Source of the DNA: a phage
Sequence record: PZ445421.1
Reading direction: 5' to 3' (one strand)
DNA: 59,835 nucleotides
The notes beneath the pieces are model-generated. The model worked only from the letters and a program-made list of their open reading frames with translations, had not been told where the DNA came from and did not search any database. The position numbers and the translations under genes were made by a program. Positions 19,151-28,631 of this stretch are shown here, one piece after another. Numbering within the stretch: the stretch's first letter is position 1; each line of letters begins with the position of its first letter.

Positions 19151-22100
19151 ATGACAATTCGTCTATATGGTGTCCTGACAGATGGTTTGAATAAACCTAT
19201 TGTTAATGCAACCGTATCCTTGATAGCAAGAAGTAACACTCTTACCGTGTTAGGTGGTAGCGAAGCTGTATTTCGCACAGACGCGCAGGGTGCATATAAT
19301 ATCACAGTGAACCCAGGGCACTATGTGGTCATAGTAGGCCCTCAAGGAAAAGAACCATATAAGGCTGGAGAAATTGTCCTATATGCAGATAGTCCGGGGG
19401 GATCACTTAATGGTTATCTTGTTAATTGGGTGGAAGAAGAACTAACACCAGATGTTATCAAACAAGTTCAACAACTTATGGCTGCTTCTGAAGAATACTC
19501 TTTGCAAGCTGGCCGCTCTGCTGCGGCAGCAAACGCAGATGCTACGGATGCTCGCAATAGTAAGGCTTCAGCTGCTCAATCTGCTTCGGAAGCCCTTGTG
19601 TATAAGAATGATTCTAAAACCAATGCTGACGCTGCTAAACAAGCACAGGCTGGAGCTGCTGGGTCTGCTAACACCGCTAACGCTGCGGTAACCACAATTC
19701 AAGGTATCCAAAAGGATGTCACAGCATCCAAGGACCGTGCTGTGACTGCGGAAACTAACGCTAAATCCAGCGAGAATGTGGCTACACAAGCTAAAGAGCA
19801 AGCTGTAGCTGCTAAGAATAAAGCTCAACAGATTGCAGATTCAATAGACCCGCAGTCTATTAAAAATTCTATCGGTCTTGGGTTGGCTCCTCGAAACTGT
19901 CCGGATATCTCAGGCAATCCATCAGGATATGTTGGATTTATGCGTATTATGAGCACGGCAACAGGCTTTCCATCGGTTGCATCCGGTGAAAGCAGTCTTA
20001 CGGGGTTTATTAGTCAGGCAGATGAAACTCCATCGTATACAGGTGTATTTCAGGGATGGGCTACGCGCTCGCTTTATACTTATCGCTGGAATCCGACAAT
20101 AGGCCCACAATGGACGCGCCACGCTCGCAAAAATGAAGTGGACCGTCTTAACCAATGGAGCAGCGAAACATGGATATATAACGCTGATGAATCTATGCGC
20201 CTGGGTTTAACCGGATCAACATGGGGGTGTTACAGCGACACACAAAAAAAATGGATACCACTTGATGTTTCTCATGGTGGCACTGGCGCAAATAGCCTTG
20301 ATGACGCCAAAACTAATTTGCAAATCCCTGAGGGTGGGTTAACAAAAGCGATGACCATTAATGCACCTGGTGGTGCAGTGGATGGCAAATACTACCCTGT
20401 CATAATAGACACATCCGCAATGGAAGGTTACGGCAACCTGACATGTCCTATTGATATAAAAACAGCAGGACGTTCATCATCAGACCCGCTTAATAGCAAT
20501 ACATTTAGTGGATATTTTCGATGCGGTGGCTGGAGTGACTCCAGAGATATAGCTTGCGGCTCATTTGTTGCCTATGACAAAAATGAGCTAGGGATACTTT
20601 GCCTTAAAGTATCGCAGAAAGACTATCCGCAATATGTAGCGTTCTATATCCATAAAGCCGCTTTCCCGATATTATTGCAAACAGGCTATAAAGCACGAGT
20701 CATTGTACCAACAGAAGATTATATAATCGGCACAAGCGGCGTTAAATATAAATTTGGTGTATCAACGTCAACAGAGGGTAACGCCGAGAACGCTGTTAAA
20801 AATGCTCTCGATTTCACTGGCGGTGAAAGCGGGTTTTATAGCAACCTGCCGTTCCGGCAAGGATACGCCTATAATGTCGCATTAACAAACGGGATGGTTC
20901 TTGATAATAATTTTGTCTTAACCGCTCCAGTATTTATGAACAATGGCGAGGTTAAAGCAACAAAATCTTTCACCGCGTACGGTACGGATGTTTCAAACAG
21001 AACATTTGTTTCTCAAAGATTACAATCCGAAGGAGGTCCGGTTGTCGATCAAACTGAACTAAGGGCTGGTAACGGGAAAGGTGAAATTGTTGTCAGGGAC
21101 ATAAATAATTCAGGGAACAGCAAGTTCTTTAATTTTAACCTTGATGGTACCTTCAGTTCTTATCAGGGATTGGTTGTTCACACAGAGCAAAACTGGAGCA
21201 CTCAACATACAGAGAATGTAAATAAGTTTAAGCCAATAGCAGGGAGCGCAGGCGGTCCTGACGGAACAATGGTTGTTGGCGGGTTCCATGCTCAATTTAG
21301 CGGTAATTACGTCACACAATTCGCCGGTCGCAACTCCAAATTTTGGGCAAGAAGCTTTGAGGCTGGGGTTGATAAGGGATGGAAACGACTATTAACAGTA
21401 GACGATCTCAATTCATCTACCGATCTTGCTGTCAGGTCATTAACCACATCTAACCCGGTAAAATCTGGCGGAGGGCGGATTAATGTCCTTGGAAGCACGT
21501 CAGATTATAGCAAAATGGATTGCTTTGTAAGTGGGTTTGATAGCACCGGTAATTCTCTCGCGTGGGCGTTGGGTTCATCAGTCGGCGTAAGTAAGATGCT
21601 GTCGCTAAAAAATTTCTTTAGCGGAGCTGAGATACTGTTAAATGGCAGTGATGAAGCAGTTCAACTAAAAACAGGTACTGTTGGTGGAGCCGCTGCGCAA
21701 GCAATTACTATAAATAAAGATGAAGTTTATTCAACTGTCAATTTTTCTATTACAAAAGGAGGTAAACGACTCTCTATAGAGAACAGTGCCAACTCGGAAT
21801 TATCGTTTAATATGAGGATATGGGGTTCCAGCACTCGTCAAAACGTTTTTGAGGTAGGCACGTCTGCCTCCTATCTGTTCTATGCTCAAAGAACATCACA
21901 GGGGCAACTGTTTGATGTAAACGGTAATATTAACTGTGTGACACTTAACCAATCTTCGGACCGTAGACTTAAAGACAATATCACTGTTATTGCTGACGCA
22001 ACAGGTGCTATCCGCAAGATTAATGGATATACTTACACCCTGAAAGATGGTGGTTCTAATAAGGCTGGCGTTATTGCTCAAGAAGTCATGGAAGCATTGC

Positions 22101-22333
22101 CCCAGGCTGTAGGTTCATTTATCCGATACGGCCAAGAGCTTCCAGGTCCAACAGCAGATGGGAACCGCTTGCGTGAGGAGGAACCATATCTTAACGTTGA
22201 CTATTCTGCGCTTACTGGTCTTCTTGTTCAGTTTGCTCGTGAGTCGGATGATCGTATTACGAAGCTTGAAACGGAAATCGAGGAACTTAAAAAGTTAGTC
22301 GCTACGCTTGTTAATAAAGAAACTCTACCTTAA
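19151..22333 (+). CDS. tail fibre protein with C-terminal intramolecular chaperone (peptidase S74-like) domain
   Basis: 1060 aa; Ala-rich N-proximal region; C-terminal '...SSDRRLKDNITVIADATGAIRKINGYTYTLKDG...GVIAQEVMEALPQAV' matches the auto-cleaving chaperone domain signature (from ~21956). Confidence 0.8.
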   Translation: MTIRLYGVLTDGLNKPIVNATVSLIARSNTLTVLGGSEAVFRTDAQGAYNITVNPGHYVVIVGPQGKEPYKAGEIVLYADSPGGSLNGYLVNWVEEELTPDVIKQVQQLMAASEEYSLQAGRSAAAANADATDARNSKASAAQSASEALVYKNDSKTNADAAKQAQAGAAGSANTANAAVTTIQGIQKDVTASKDRAVTAETNAKSSENVATQAKEQAVAAKNKAQQIADSIDPQSIKNSIGLGLAPRNCPDISGNPSGYVGFMRIMSTATGFPSVASGESSLTGFISQADETPSYTGVFQGWATRSLYTYRWNPTIGPQWTRHARKNEVDRLNQWSSETWIYNADESMRLGLTGSTWGCYSDTQKKWIPLDVSHGGTGANSLDDAKTNLQIPEGGLTKAMTINAPGGAVDGKYYPVIIDTSAMEGYGNLTCPIDIKTAGRSSSDPLNSNTFSGYFRCGGWSDSRDIACGSFVAYDKNELGILCLKVSQKDYPQYVAFYIHKAAFPILLQTGYKARVIVPTEDYIIGTSGVKYKFGVSTSTEGNAENAVKNALDFTGGESGFYSNLPFRQGYAYNVALTNGMVLDNNFVLTAPVFMNNGEVKATKSFTAYGTDVSNRTFVSQRLQSEGGPVVDQTELRAGNGKGEIVVRDINNSGNSKFFNFNLDGTFSSYQGLVVHTEQNWSTQHTENVNKFKPIAGSAGGPDGTMVVGGFHAQFSGNYVTQFAGRNSKFWARSFEAGVDKGWKRLLTVDDLNSSTDLAVRSLTTSNPVKSGGGRINVLGSTSDYSKMDCFVSGFDSTGNSLAWALGSSVGVSKMLSLKNFFSGAEILLNGSDEAVQLKTGTVGGAAAQAITINKDEVYSTVNFSITKGGKRLSIENSANSELSFNMRIWGSSTRQNVFEVGTSASYLFYAQRTSQGQLFDVNGNINCVTLNQSSDRRLKDNITVIADATGAIRKINGYTYTLKDGGSNKAGVIAQEVMEALPQAVGSFIRYGQELPGPTADGNRLREEEPYLNVDYSALTGLLVQFARESDDRITKLETEIEELKKLVATLVNKETLP

Positions 22334-22350
22334 CCACATCTAACTTCCTC

Positions 22351-22377
22351 AGCGCGTCTTCGGGCGCGCTTTTTATT
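22351..22377 (+). terminator. rho-independent terminator (UUCG tetraloop)
   Basis: AGCGCGTC-ttcg-GGCGCGCT followed by TTTTTATT, right after fibre stop. Confidence 0.7.
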
Positions 22378-22504
22378 GACTGCCAATCCCAATTTACAAA
22401 ATCTTTACATTTGGATCATTGTAAAAAGCATGTTAAGGGATATGCTTTATTTCGTAACCAGTTGGTTACATCCGCTTAACAAATCCATATATGGAGATTT
22501 TCCT

Positions 22505-22753
22505 ATGTCTGACATGACTCTTTTACCTACTAATCTCGGTGGCGACGGTTTCGGCGGTGAAGCTGGTGCGGCTGGTATTGGTTCCTGGATCGGCGGCTTA
22601 ATTGGTTCCTGGATCGGAAATGGTTGGGGTGGTGGTTGGGCATCCAAGAATCAAATAAGAAACAAGAAAAGAAGAATAAGTAGAGACAACGTACGGCATT
22701 TTGGGGCATTTTATTGTGGGCCAGTACAAATGTATTGGCCCACATTTTATTAA
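22505..22753 (+). CDS. small Gly/Trp-rich glycine-zipper protein (82 aa)
   Basis: Track ORF 22376..22753 starts at TTG inside the terminator T-run; ATG 22505 has SD 'GGAG'; sequence MSDMTLLPTNLGG|DGFGGEAGAAGIGSWIGGLIGSWIGNGWGGGW... then basic tail. Confidence 0.5.
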   Translation: MSDMTLLPTNLGGDGFGGEAGAAGIGSWIGGLIGSWIGNGWGGGWASKNQIRNKKRRISRDNVRHFGAFYCGPVQMYWPTFY

Positions 22754-24723
22754 GCGGCGTATGCGAGTTTTTCCAGCAATTTTTCCGCTTTAGCTATGTA
22801 CACTTCGTGGTTGAGATCTGGCGGTAACTGGTCAGTAAGTTCCATCATAGGTTTACCCCCTGATGTCTTACCAACACGCCCACCACTCTTGACTATCAGT
22901 ATTTCAGGTACTTCTTCTTTTGTATAGTACCAGCGAACAACCTTACCTAATGGCTCACTATTCCACGCAGCTCCACCGTTAGCTGTCTTGATACAAACAA
23001 ACTTACGAATATCTTGACACTCTGTGATAGTTTTAGCAATTGGTGTACCGTCACGGAGAAGGTTAACCACTGCATCCATAATGATCTCGCCTTCCGCGTT
23101 CTTAGCTAGACCAGTCTCGGCGAACCAACCTTTACGCTTGGCTTTACCATCCGCTTTGATCGCGACGTAGTTGTTAACGTTTGCAGAGTTAAGGCGCAGA
23201 TACTGATTTAACTCCATTTCAAAACCAGTTGTTTCTTCCCACCAATTAATGATATCCGTCATTAATTGCTTCTTAGCTTTGCAAGGCTTAATAACGATAC
23301 CATCCGTGTTAGCACTAACGACCTGAATACCGTTAAGCTCTAGTGTTTCAATGAGCATAAGCAGAGCCAACTGACCTGTCAGTGTGGTCTGAATAATAAG
23401 GTGCGGTGCATACAGAATAGAGAACGGTGAACCAAACTTACCATAAGAACCGTTAATAACGATCTTAAGAGTTTGTGCAGTCTTATCGTCATGAGCCATC
23501 TTAGCTGCAATACGTCGTTGTACAATCTTAACGAAGATATCGATAAAACGTGGGCCCAAATGCTCAGGATACAGTTGCTGGTTAATGATACAGATTGGGT
23601 AGTATGACGTTACGTCAGCATCCCACATCTCTTCATCTTCAGATGGTACAATCTCCATTAACTCTTCGCAGGAGTGCAGACCACCGATACCCATGTTGTA
23701 AGTTGTCTGATTAATTGTAAACTTCAAAGAGTTCATGGTTGATGGTTGCTTAATTTTACCATCTTCTGCAACTCGGAAGTAACTATCAAGCACAACCTGA
23801 AATACGGACTTCATTAATGGAGTTTGGAAACCTAACCACACTGGAGGATTGTATCTGAAGGTTCTACCGACTTCCACCATACCCTTCTGTGGTACGAAGC
23901 CCAGCATTTCCTTCATTTCATGGCGGATTACAGCTTCTGCGATCTGTGCATCGGATTTAGAGCGAAGGTCTACTTTATACTCTTCGCTCATAATCTCACG
24001 TAGATGGATCTGCTCTTCCAGTGAGTTAAACAGAGCCATTGTTGTATCAAGGTCGTTAATACAGTAGAAGCGCACAATAGCGATCTGTTCTACGGATAAC
24101 GCCCAATGTGGTGGGAATGGTAAGTCCTGGAGCTTCTGCATGTGCATACGTCCACCATACAACTTCAACGAACCAAAGCCAGGAGCTACTTCTTGAACGT
24201 CAATGTGGTCAATCCAAAACTGTTTTACACCAAAACTGTTAAGAATGTCCCACGGAGCCCACTCTTCCTGGATCATCCTGTCACTTGCTTCTTTTAGCTT
24301 GTCAACAGTCAGACCAGCAATGGCAAGGAATGTCATCGTATTATCGTAGTTTCTTGAGTTGAAACCAACGGTACGAAAGTTCTTCATTATCCATTCATAT
24401 TTTTCCGTGTCAAGTGTCTGACCGGCAGTCATTTCTAGATAATAAACCTTACCGAACTTAATCCCTTTAAACGCCACAAGAAAATAGTTCTTATAACATT
24501 CGATATCATATACGAATGTTTCTTGTGCAAAATACATCTCCACTAATTCACCGTCTGTCATACGCGGATCGTTAGCTGCAAAACGCATTGCTGCATCAAG
24601 ACCTGGAAGGTAGTCTGGGCGCTCCCATACCCTTTCAACTGGTTGACGTTTTACTTTCTGTTTCTTCTCTTTTTTAGCGGGAGGTAAATCAGTCCAGAAA
24701 AACCCAATAGCATCTTTTCTCAT
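22750..24723 (-). CDS. DNA polymerase, family B (with 3'-5' exonuclease motifs)
   Basis: Exo I 'YDIECY', Exo II 'FNSRNYD', Exo III 'YCINDLD'; Pol motif A 'DVTSYYP', motif B 'KIVINGSYGKFG', motif C 'ANTDGIV'. Confidence 0.8.
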   Translation of the reverse strand: MRKDAIGFFWTDLPPAKKEKKQKVKRQPVERVWERPDYLPGLDAAMRFAANDPRMTDGELVEMYFAQETFVYDIECYKNYFLVAFKGIKFGKVYYLEMTAGQTLDTEKYEWIMKNFRTVGFNSRNYDNTMTFLAIAGLTVDKLKEASDRMIQEEWAPWDILNSFGVKQFWIDHIDVQEVAPGFGSLKLYGGRMHMQKLQDLPFPPHWALSVEQIAIVRFYCINDLDTTMALFNSLEEQIHLREIMSEEYKVDLRSKSDAQIAEAVIRHEMKEMLGFVPQKGMVEVGRTFRYNPPVWLGFQTPLMKSVFQVVLDSYFRVAEDGKIKQPSTMNSLKFTINQTTYNMGIGGLHSCEELMEIVPSEDEEMWDADVTSYYPICIINQQLYPEHLGPRFIDIFVKIVQRRIAAKMAHDDKTAQTLKIVINGSYGKFGSPFSILYAPHLIIQTTLTGQLALLMLIETLELNGIQVVSANTDGIVIKPCKAKKQLMTDIINWWEETTGFEMELNQYLRLNSANVNNYVAIKADGKAKRKGWFAETGLAKNAEGEIIMDAVVNLLRDGTPIAKTITECQDIRKFVCIKTANGGAAWNSEPLGKVVRWYYTKEEVPEILIVKSGGRVGKTSGGKPMMELTDQLPPDLNHEVYIAKAEKLLEKLAYAA

Positions 24724-25712
24724 AGCCGAAATCCTACAATTACCCCACGTAGATTTTCACCATAAAAAATAATAGGAGTTGAAAGACCCCTTTCGTCCTT
24801 TTCATTGAAACGAGAAGCGTCCCAATCCGTTGCAAGTCCTTTCAACTGCATAATAAGATCTATATTATACACGCCAATTGACTTAGATTCCCGGAACATT
24901 GCACTAGCACCGTCCAGCTCGTTGTAATGGGTACGCACAACACCATTTTCCATGTAAATACGCCCATCCCGCTCACAGAACGGTTTTATCTTTTCTAAGC
25001 AATTAAAAAGCTCAGTATCAAGCGTATAGACGTTGGCCCCATTTTCTGTACGCTCAATTATCTTATCAATGTTAGGCCACTTTAATTCCAGCAATTGTGT
25101 ACGCAACCAGCAACCGTCTTCGTAGTGAAATGTCATGCTGGTATCCGTACATTGAATTCTTACTGGTGGCTTTTTAATACGCAATAATTCTTTGATGGCC
25201 ATACGTGGCACAACACAATCAACGGGGAATACAGCACCGAACCAATACTGTATAATACTAGCGTTGTTGGTCGCGTACATGCTGCCCTGTTTTACCAGCA
25301 CGCCGCAAGACCACGGGCGGGAAGCATCGTCGCTTATAAACGGCGTTACGCGGCTTAAACCGTTGAGAAAAAGCTGACCGTCTATTTCGTGAATTGTTCC
25401 TTCTGGCTCTACGTGTGCAGTTGGTTTCTGAAGAGTATCTACACTAACCTTAAAGCCACCAGACTTAATGCTCAACTTACCGTTCGCTAACATTGTCATT
25501 TGTACAGCTTCATCACATGCTGCAATAGCCTTGAGCATTGGTTCAGCTTTAGGCGTACAGTCAATATTTAGTGGTACTGGACTACACAATGAAATAGTTC
25601 CGTTGAACCCGCGCACAGTACCATCAACAATACGGAAGTGAGTTAAACCTTCCTGGAGTTCTTTCTTCGCGACGGAGCCTTGAACAAACTTTAAAGCATC
25701 AAGCAAATCCAT
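24720..25712 (-). CDS. hypothetical protein; possible polymerase processivity (clamp-like) factor
   Basis: 330-aa ORF translationally coupled to the polymerase gene; only weak pattern resemblance to beta-clamp N-termini. Confidence 0.45.
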   Translation of the reverse strand: MDLLDALKFVQGSVAKKELQEGLTHFRIVDGTVRGFNGTISLCSPVPLNIDCTPKAEPMLKAIAACDEAVQMTMLANGKLSIKSGGFKVSVDTLQKPTAHVEPEGTIHEIDGQLFLNGLSRVTPFISDDASRPWSCGVLVKQGSMYATNNASIIQYWFGAVFPVDCVVPRMAIKELLRIKKPPVRIQCTDTSMTFHYEDGCWLRTQLLELKWPNIDKIIERTENGANVYTLDTELFNCLEKIKPFCERDGRIYMENGVVRTHYNELDGASAMFRESKSIGVYNIDLIMQLKGLATDWDASRFNEKDERGLSTPIIFYGENLRGVIVGFRL

Positions 25713-25720
25713 AAGTAACC

Positions 25721-26674
25721 TTATTCGTCAAATAAATCCTGGAGACGTTCGTTGAACTTCCCATTGTGGTTAGCAAGAATCATAGCGTTGACCACACCAT
25801 ACGCCCATAAATTGTATGCAGCGCGTGATTCGTATATCGTTGAAAGTCGTTCGTATGTGAAACCTGACTCCTCCAAGTAGCGCAGAACGTTGTTCTGTTC
25901 TATTTCTGAAAGATTGCAGATATGTTGCCCTTGATAGTGTCGTGACGGTGACTTTTCGGATACCTGCATTGGACCCCACTTAGGAGTTTCAATAGCACCA
26001 AATGCGGCAGATTGAATCCAGGAGGATGAGTCACAGGAGTACCACGGGTAACGCTCCATAAGTGGGCGGGACGTAATACCAAAGCCATGGACTTTGATCT
26101 TAGCTCGCCCACTACCGTCTACAAGGTGTTTATCCCATACCCTGTCTAGCCATACCTGAAGTTGTTGTGTACTCGCTCCAACAAGACCACCGAGAGTGAT
26201 ATATTCATAATTTCGTACATAATGGTCCAGGTATTCAAAAGGTTCGCCGGCGTGGAAGCACGGTAAAGGTCTTACACCTCTGGCTTCCATCTCTTCCTGG
26301 TTGCGCCACGTTTGAAGTGGATCACCGATACCATCGAGTACAGAAGCCATAAGCGAACCATCTTCCACACGGATGATATCTATGTTTCGTTGGATGTAAT
26401 CACAGTATTCTTTAACTGATAACGTAACTCCCAAAGTGTAGGCTGAGAACGCTCCGGAGTCGAGAAATATCTTGGCCCCATCGGCACGCATGGCATCGAC
26501 ATAGGATTGCTTTCCAACGTAATGGTAGGATTCAAGAATGTTTGGAATATTCTCGACAACACGTTTTTCTTGTTCGTTGAGTTTGACATAGCGATTCATG
26601 CCGGGCTTGTAGGAGTTCGTATATACCGCTGCCATGTATATTTGAAAAGTATAATCTATAGATTCTTTATACAT
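25721..26674 (-). CDS. dpdA: DpdA-like DNA-guanine transglycosylase (TGT superfamily)
   Basis: 'IFLDSGAFS' resembles the TGT catalytic 'DSGG' segment; 317 aa; embedded with folE/queD/queE/queC. Confidence 0.65.
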   Translation of the reverse strand: MYKESIDYTFQIYMAAVYTNSYKPGMNRYVKLNEQEKRVVENIPNILESYHYVGKQSYVDAMRADGAKIFLDSGAFSAYTLGVTLSVKEYCDYIQRNIDIIRVEDGSLMASVLDGIGDPLQTWRNQEEMEARGVRPLPCFHAGEPFEYLDHYVRNYEYITLGGLVGASTQQLQVWLDRVWDKHLVDGSGRAKIKVHGFGITSRPLMERYPWYSCDSSSWIQSAAFGAIETPKWGPMQVSEKSPSRHYQGQHICNLSEIEQNNVLRYLEESGFTYERLSTIYESRAAYNLWAYGVVNAMILANHNGKFNERLQDLFDE

Positions 26675-27161
26675 TATAGCGATTCCCTTTAGATCTGTTT
26701 TCTAACATTGGTAAGTATTGCAAATTAGCCAACACATGTAAACCAGAGACAAGATCCCCTTGTAACGGAATGATATGATCAACCTCATAACCTTCCGGGC
26801 AGTTCTTATAAAACTCTTTAATTTCTTCAGTTTCACTCCATGCAGGAACCCTTTTCAATCGTTTACATCTTTGGAGTGAGCTTTCGCACCTATACATAGC
26901 AGGATCTTTCGAATAGCGCTCCCGGTCTTTCAATCTTAATTTTTCCCGTACACCAGGCTGATTTCTGTAAGATTCTACTGATTCCTTAAACTTATCGGGA
27001 TTATTTTCATAAGCGACACGCTGCTCTTCCCGAACACACTTGACACATTTCCAATCATATACTTGCCTTTCGCATACGTGGCCGGCTTTCTTACAAGGTT
27101 TACCAGTAAAATATCGCTTCAGACCTTTCTCTTTAGCTTCTTTACACGATATAAGTTTCAT
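26667..27161 (-). CDS. HNH homing endonuclease
   Basis: Cys-rich N-terminus and C-terminal HNH motif 'EVDHIIPL...GLHVLANLQ'; ATG 27161 with SD 'GGAG' (track start TTG 27176). Confidence 0.7.
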   Translation of the reverse strand: MKLISCKEAKEKGLKRYFTGKPCKKAGHVCERQVYDWKCVKCVREEQRVAYENNPDKFKESVESYRNQPGVREKLRLKDRERYSKDPAMYRCESSLQRCKRLKRVPAWSETEEIKEFYKNCPEGYEVDHIIPLQGDLVSGLHVLANLQYLPMLENRSKGNRYNV

Positions 27162-27178
27162 CTTCACTCCAAACAAAA

Positions 27179-27198
27179 TAAGCGCCCGTAGGCGCTTA
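27179..27198 (-). terminator. putative intrinsic terminator (minus strand)
   Basis: TAAGCGCC-cgta-GGCGCTTA; on the minus strand followed by AUUUUGUUU. Confidence 0.4.
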
Positions 27199-27232
27199 TT
27201 ATATTAAAGATAATGTATGATTCGCAAATTAG

Positions 27233-27832
27233 TTACTTTTTACACGCTTCAAGAAATTCCCGACGCCATGTGTCACCAGTCACATCAGGTAATACACCAT
27301 CGCCCAACGCAGTACGTCCGCGGAATGCTTTAGTAATGGTTGAGCTGCCGCATACCTGTTTAACACCGCGCGACTCCATACACATATGCTTGGCGTCAAT
27401 ATAAACACACACAGCTTTCGGGTCCAAGTGCTCTACGATAGCATCTGCAATTTGGTTAGTTAGACGCTCTTGGACTTGCAAACGACGAGCAAACGCATCA
27501 ACCACACGAGATAACTTACTAAGGCCAACAATACGACCGTTAGGAACATACCCCACGACAGCGTGACCGATAATAGGAGCCATATGATGCTCACAATGAC
27601 TGTAGACAGGGATATCACGGACGATGACCATTTCATCACAGTTTTCCCCACCATCTTCAAATGTCTTGAACAGGGATGCGATATCGACATCGTAACCGCC
27701 GAACCATGTAGCATAAGCCTTAGCGACACGTTCAGGTGTTTCCTGTAGCCCACCACGCAAAGTCGGCGACGAATGGTCTTCAATATTAAACAACAGAGAA
27801 GTGATAGCGCCTTTTACAGCTTGTTTATTCAT
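27233..27832 (-). CDS. folE: GTP cyclohydrolase I
   Basis: 'YSHCEHHMAPIIG' and 'GLSKLSRVVDAFARRLQVQERLTNQIADAI' match the FolE active-site and conserved C-terminal blocks. Confidence 0.9.
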   Translation of the reverse strand: MNKQAVKGAITSLLFNIEDHSSPTLRGGLQETPERVAKAYATWFGGYDVDIASLFKTFEDGGENCDEMVIVRDIPVYSHCEHHMAPIIGHAVVGYVPNGRIVGLSKLSRVVDAFARRLQVQERLTNQIADAIVEHLDPKAVCVYIDAKHMCMESRGVKQVCGSSTITKAFRGRTALGDGVLPDVTGDTWRREFLEACKK

Positions 27833-27858
27833 GGTTTACAGTTTCCTTGTGTGGTCAA

Positions 27859-28386
27859 TTATTTGCAATAGTTAACATGGCATTTGGACGTTTCTTCAAT
27901 GGTGCATTCTACCAATTCAACACCATATTGGTCAAGCAGTTGAGGACCAATTACGTCAACCATATATGCAGCTAAGTTTTCCGCAGTTGGGTTGAATGGT
28001 AAACACACCATAGACCTGAAGAAATGACGGGCGTCTTCATTTGCAACCGTCAAAGGCGTATGATGAGTCTGATCATGATCAACAAGAACCTTAATACCGC
28101 GGATGAGTTCATCTTTCTCCCAATGCAGGAATTTATGATCCCAGTTATCTTCCAACCACTGGCAAAGCGTAGTTTTAACCACACTAAAGTCGATAACACG
28201 ACCTACGTCGTCCAGTTGCTTAAGGGCCGCAAATTCAGCTTCGTCCATGACTTTATAAGGGACTTTCGGCGCAACCTTAAAGTGAAACTTATAGTTGTGC
28301 CCGTGCAGGTGGCGGCACTTACTTTCATGGCCAACTACACGATGGCCAGCGCAAATCTCATGTGAACGGATTACTTCGTAGCTCAT
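27859..28386 (-). CDS. queD: 6-carboxy-5,6,7,8-tetrahydropterin synthase
   Basis: 'CAGHRVVGHESKCRHLHGHNYKF' matches the QueD/PTPS zinc-binding His motif. Confidence 0.85.
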   Translation of the reverse strand: MSYEVIRSHEICAGHRVVGHESKCRHLHGHNYKFHFKVAPKVPYKVMDEAEFAALKQLDDVGRVIDFSVVKTTLCQWLEDNWDHKFLHWEKDELIRGIKVLVDHDQTHHTPLTVANEDARHFFRSMVCLPFNPTAENLAAYMVDVIGPQLLDQYGVELVECTIEETSKCHVNYCK

Positions 28387-28631
28387 TCTGCCACCTCATA
28401 AGTCTGGGCAAAAATATCAGGTTTACACGGGTAATGCTCACCATTTACTCCTCGTATAATCCAGTCACCATTGGACGCTGTCATGACCCCTTCTAGAGTA
28501 TTAATTAATAAATTGTCGCCCATAACATGACAATCCCGCGACCCACTATTACAGAAATCGTATACTTCCTGCGTATTCAATCCAGTCCATTGAACAGCTT
28601 CAATCACGACCGGCTTTTTACGGAATCTCAT
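28383..28631 (-). CDS. hypothetical protein inside deazaguanine cluster
   Basis: 82-aa ORF coupled to queD. Confidence 0.5.
   Translation of the reverse strand: MRFRKKPVVIEAVQWTGLNTQEVYDFCNSGSRDCHVMGDNLLINTLEGVMTASNGDWIIRGVNGEHYPCKPDIFAQTYEVAE

Noticed and set aside
22376-22504. Sigma70 promoter for the glycine-rich peptide gene
   Set aside because: TTGACT at 22376 overlaps the terminator T-run but no acceptable -10 lies at 16-18 nt spacing; left unannotated
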